Assembly: GCA_010093995.1 (NCBI GenBank)
Contig: ML992503.1
Location: forward strand, 1,925,328 to 1,989,327
DNA from: Elsinoe ampelina
Lineage: Eukaryota
DNA length: 64,000 bases
Direction of reading: 5' to 3'
The position numbers and the translations under genes were made by a program. The notes under the pieces are model-generated. The model was given only the letters and a program-made list of their open reading frames with translations, made no database searches and was not told where the DNA came from. Of this stretch, positions 60,594 to 64,000 are shown one piece after another; positions within the stretch are counted from its first letter, which is position 1; each line of letters begins with the position of its first letter.

Positions 60594-62133
60594 ATGTCAA
60601 AGGCTAAACAAGCCTCGTCGAGTGAGTGGAGTCGCCCTTCCCTAAATAATTGTTTCACATGAGCGAACAAGCTGACCTCGGGCCTGGCAAGTAGGCGCGA
60701 GCTCTACGGGGTCATCTTCAAGTGGCTCATTCGCACAAGGATTCCTCTTAGGGCAATTGACGCTGGCACTAATACTATTCTTCTTCATCAAGTTTTTCTT
60801 GTTCGGCGACAGCCCCTCGGCAGACACACGAGCATCAGCCAGGGCTGCTGCACGCAGGCAACGAACCCTTTCTCACAGCAACTCCGTTCGAAAGAAGAGG
60901 TCGTCTGCCACCCTTGGTGCTCGTCATGTTCCTGCCGTTGGTGCCAGCACCACCAATGTTTTGACCACCGACAAGATTCTGGACAAGACCTACTACACTG
61001 TGGATGGTCACCAGCCGGAATCGCTGGACTGGTTCAATGTGCTCATAGCACAGACCGTGGCACAGCTCAGAGCTGACGCATTGGCTGACGATGCCGTGCT
61101 GTCATCGCTCACAACGGTCCTGAATGGAGGCTCGAAACCAGACTTCCTGGACGAGATCAAAGTTACAGAAATCTCGCTAGGAGAAGAATTCCCGATCTTC
61201 AGTAATTGTCGAGTCATCCCTGTGGATGAGGATGGTGTCGTAGTCAAACCCACTGCTGGTCGTCGTGGCTTTGCCAACGCTCTGAGAGACTCTCGTCTCC
61301 AAGCACGGATGGATGTAGATCTCAGCGACGTAGTCACTTTGGGGATTGAGACTAAATTGGTATTGAACTACCCTAAACCTTTCGTGGCGGTCCTACCAGT
61401 AGCGCTATCGGTATCTGTGGTTCGGTTCTCCGGCACCCTGTCATTATCATTCACGCCGTCACAAGCTCCAACACCAACCCAAACCCAGACCAATAGCCCA
61501 TCTCAGGAGTCAGCTACACCGCCAACTCATTCACCCACCACACTCACCTTTACCTTCCTGGATGACTACCGGCTTGATCTGAGCGTACACTCCCTTATAG
61601 GCTCCCGATCTCGGCTACAAGATGTGCCCAAGATCGCTCAACTGGTTGAACAGCGTGTACACCAATGGTTCGACGAGCGCTGTGTCGAGCCTCGTTTCCA
61701 GCAAATCATCCTGCCTTCTCTATGGCCAAGAAAGAAGAACGTGCGGGGCGGCAGCGACGAACCTGAGCAAAAAGGCACCTCCATCTCAAGCGGCTTAGGG
61801 GAAGCCGTGGACGAAGCAGACTTGCTGAACAGACATGGTAGTGGTCGAAGGAATGTCAGTGACGAGTCATCGGACCGGGATGCAGGCACGCCAACTTCAG
61901 ACCGACCGGCACAGGCTCTACAGCCGATCGATGAGGACGACGCAACGACCACATCAACACAGGCGAAAGACACCGCGCGACCACGGAAAAGACCAGCAGG
62001 CCCGAGGAGCAGGCCGAATAGCTACATTGCTGCGGACCCGGATGATCTCGCCGCTGCAGGTGCCGAGCTGAGAGCAGCCGAGCAGCGGAGTCGGGCGCGG
62101 GACACGAGAAGGACGGAAGGTTTGAATATGTAG
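60594..62133 (+). CDS. MMM1: ERMES subunit Mmm1 (TM plus SMP domain), 2 exons
   Basis: [11 protein letters not shown]...[66 protein letters not shown]. Exon 1 is 60594-60621 (inferred), intron to 60694. Confidence 0.93.
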
Positions 62134-62325
62134 AAATGATAGACAGTGATGTCGGAGATACGAATGACACAAATCCAAAGAGAAACTCTGCCTCATCTTC
62201 CAATACAGATATAGGCTATACGCTTTCAGATAAGAATCGTGAAAAAGCCGTGGTCGTAAATTCATGCTTTAGTACACAAGGCATTGCAACAAAGGGGAAC
62301 ATCACACATGACCAGCCATCCAGCT

Positions 62326-64000
62326 TTACGAACCCCCACAACCCCCTCCTCCCCCACCACATCCCCCCGACCCACTCCCCCCACCACCACAGGCCCCCCC
62401 TCCACTACTCCCACTCGCACAACTCCCCGCCCCCGCCGCTCCCACCGCCAACCCATACCCCACACTACACGTCCCCGCGACACAAGCCCCCGCCTCGCCC
62501 ACCCCCGCCACATGCCCGGGATCCCTCGCATACGCACCCCCATCCCACCCTCTACACCTCAACTCCGCATCCTCGAACGGCGTCCAACTCGGCACCTGGA
62601 CCACCACCCCGTACGCATCACTCCCGTACTCCTCCCCCTTGACGCCGACGAGACGGGAGCGGTCCCCTCTCGCTTCGAGACTCTCGTGCGCAGAACGGAG
62701 GCGCCTCTTCGCTTTCGCGACCTTGTCGTCGTAGCGATCGTTCAGGGACGGAGGCGCCACGACGCCGTGGAAGCTCAGGTGGGGACCCCGGCCTGGTGCG
62801 TGCGGGGCCAGGGAGGCGGTGGCTCTTGCGACGGCGTGGCGGGAGAGGAAAGTCCCGGCTAGTAAGTCGCGGGTGCAGGCGCAGTGCCAGCAGAGGCATT
62901 CGGCGTAGGGCTCTTTGTAGCGGGATTGGTAGGCGGCGGAGGTGAGGATGAAGGCGTTGGAGAGGGAGAGTTCGGGGATTTTGTCGTCGTGGTCGACGAA
63001 GCGGCCGGTGGCGAGGAGGGAGTGGGAGAGGTAGCGGCGGGGGCGCAGTTGGTGGGTGTGCCATGCTAGGTCGATGTCGAGGGTGGGGACGCAGAGGGAG
63101 GTGGTGGTGCCGGAGAGGAGGGTGAAGAAGCGGGTGTACCGGAGGAGGGCGCGGGAGGTGATTTGGAGGAGGTGGGGTGCGGTGAGCCAGGAGAGGTCGT
63201 GCATCTTGGTGATGAAGGTGGACTGGCGGACGACGGCGCTTACGAGGTCGATGGAGAAGGGGGAGGAATTAGACCAGTACGAGCTCATCGTGCGGCGGAT
63301 GAAGAGTTTCTGGGCGGATGTGAGGGTGCGAGAGCGGGTTCGTGCATTGACTAGTCTCATGGTTTCTGCATTCTGTAGCTCAGCTTCGATACGGTCCCGT
63401 ACGTCTGCCATGGTGCGGAGGTTCTGAGCCGTTCGTGGGTCCCTCAGGTAGTCAGCCATGTGTTTAAGAAGAACGTTGGGAAATGCCATGTCCTTGGGAT
63501 TTACCAGGTCCGGAAAGGTCTTTGAGCCGAGTGTGATGGCAATGGGTATGCCTTGATTGCCCAGGAAGGTACCTGGCAAAGCGATATCTGATTCACGCAA
63601 TAAACGGAGATGTCGTAGGAACTTCCCGACGACCAGATTTTCGTGGTTCATAACAAAGCCGCAATAGATGCAGCACCTCGAGAAACCTTTATCAGCGTAG
63701 CCAGTGCCTGCGTCCGCCCAGTGCTCGAAGTTTGCTTTGAAGTATCTGGTTGGAGAGAATTTGGCATGTTGTCCATCTTCGTGCCAGGGTACGCCATTAC
63801 TCATTACGCACTTGGGACAGCTGACGATCTTCTCTGATTGCTCGGACTCGTTGTCCCAGCTTGTGCCACCGAGATGAGCATAGAAAGCCTGGGCGGCGCG
63901 CGTTGGACGATAATCAAATGTCTGGTCGTTGATTGCAGTGTTGATAGCCTCCCAAGGCATTTCGGTATGGTAGAGCCGCATCCGATTTTCCCGGATGCAA
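62326..64000 (-). CDS. Glycine-rich-domain protein (GRDP/DUF1399-like), 5' end outside window
   Basis: DLVSAVVRQSTFITKM, RYTRF, VPTLDIDLAWHTHQL, DHDD, and a C-terminal GGCGGGG tail. Confidence 0.85.
   Translation of the reverse strand, partial: CIRENRMRLYHTEMPWEAINTAINDQTFDYRPTRAAQAFYAHLGGTSWDNESEQSEKIVSCPKCVMSNGVPWHEDGQHAKFSPTRYFKANFEHWADAGTGYADKGFSRCCIYCGFVMNHENLVVGKFLRHLRLLRESDIALPGTFLGNQGIPIAITLGSKTFPDLVNPKDMAFPNVLLKHMADYLRDPRTAQNLRTMADVRDRIEAELQNAETMRLVNARTRSRTLTSAQKLFIRRTMSSYWSNSSPFSIDLVSAVVRQSTFITKMHDLSWLTAPHLLQITSRALLRYTRFFTLLSGTTTSLCVPTLDIDLAWHTHQLRPRRYLSHSLLATGRFVDHDDKIPELSLSNAFILTSAAYQSRYKEPYAECLCWHCACTRDLLAGTFLSRHAVARATASLAPHAPGRGPHLSFHGVVAPPSLNDRYDDKVAKAKRRLRSAHESLEARGDRSRLVGVKGEEYGSDAYGVVVQVPSWTPFEDAELRCRGWDGGAYARDPGHVAGVGEAGACVAGTCSVGYGLAVGAAGAGSCASGSSGGGACGGGGSGSGGCGGGGGGCGGS

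Overview
Gene-dense, intron-containing filamentous ascomycete DNA (Pezizomycotina, probably a Dothideomycete; the taxon is my inference). I model about 28 protein-coding genes by hand. In order: GH43 3' end, VAM7, STM1, a bZIP factor, an arrestin-domain gene, a NuSAP-like basic protein, RPS12, a GID4/VID24-like gene, a conserved hypothetical, a sulfate permease, a four-gene tailoring block (OMT, tautomerase, P450, OMT), PIG-P, a MINDY deubiquitinase, stand-alone GAR synthetase, a CE12 esterase, HIS6, FAF1-like, STE12, a secreted protein, ARPC3, a homoserine kinase-AIR synthetase fusion, a forkhead factor, an SDR, MMM1 and a partial GRDP gene. I found no transposons, tRNA/rRNA genes or CRISPR arrays. 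Main observations: (1) the arrestin frame continues through two in-frame UAG codons to a UGA, suggesting A-to-I stop editing or readthrough; (2) ADE5,7 is split, with the AIRS half fused to homoserine kinase downstream; (3) about twelve ~1 kb islands flip from C-rich to G-rich regardless of gene strand; (4) one sulfate permease intron needs a TG acceptor to stay in frame; (5) an uncharacterised protein carries a NuSAP-like motif. Exon boundaries are manual and need RNA-seq confirmation.
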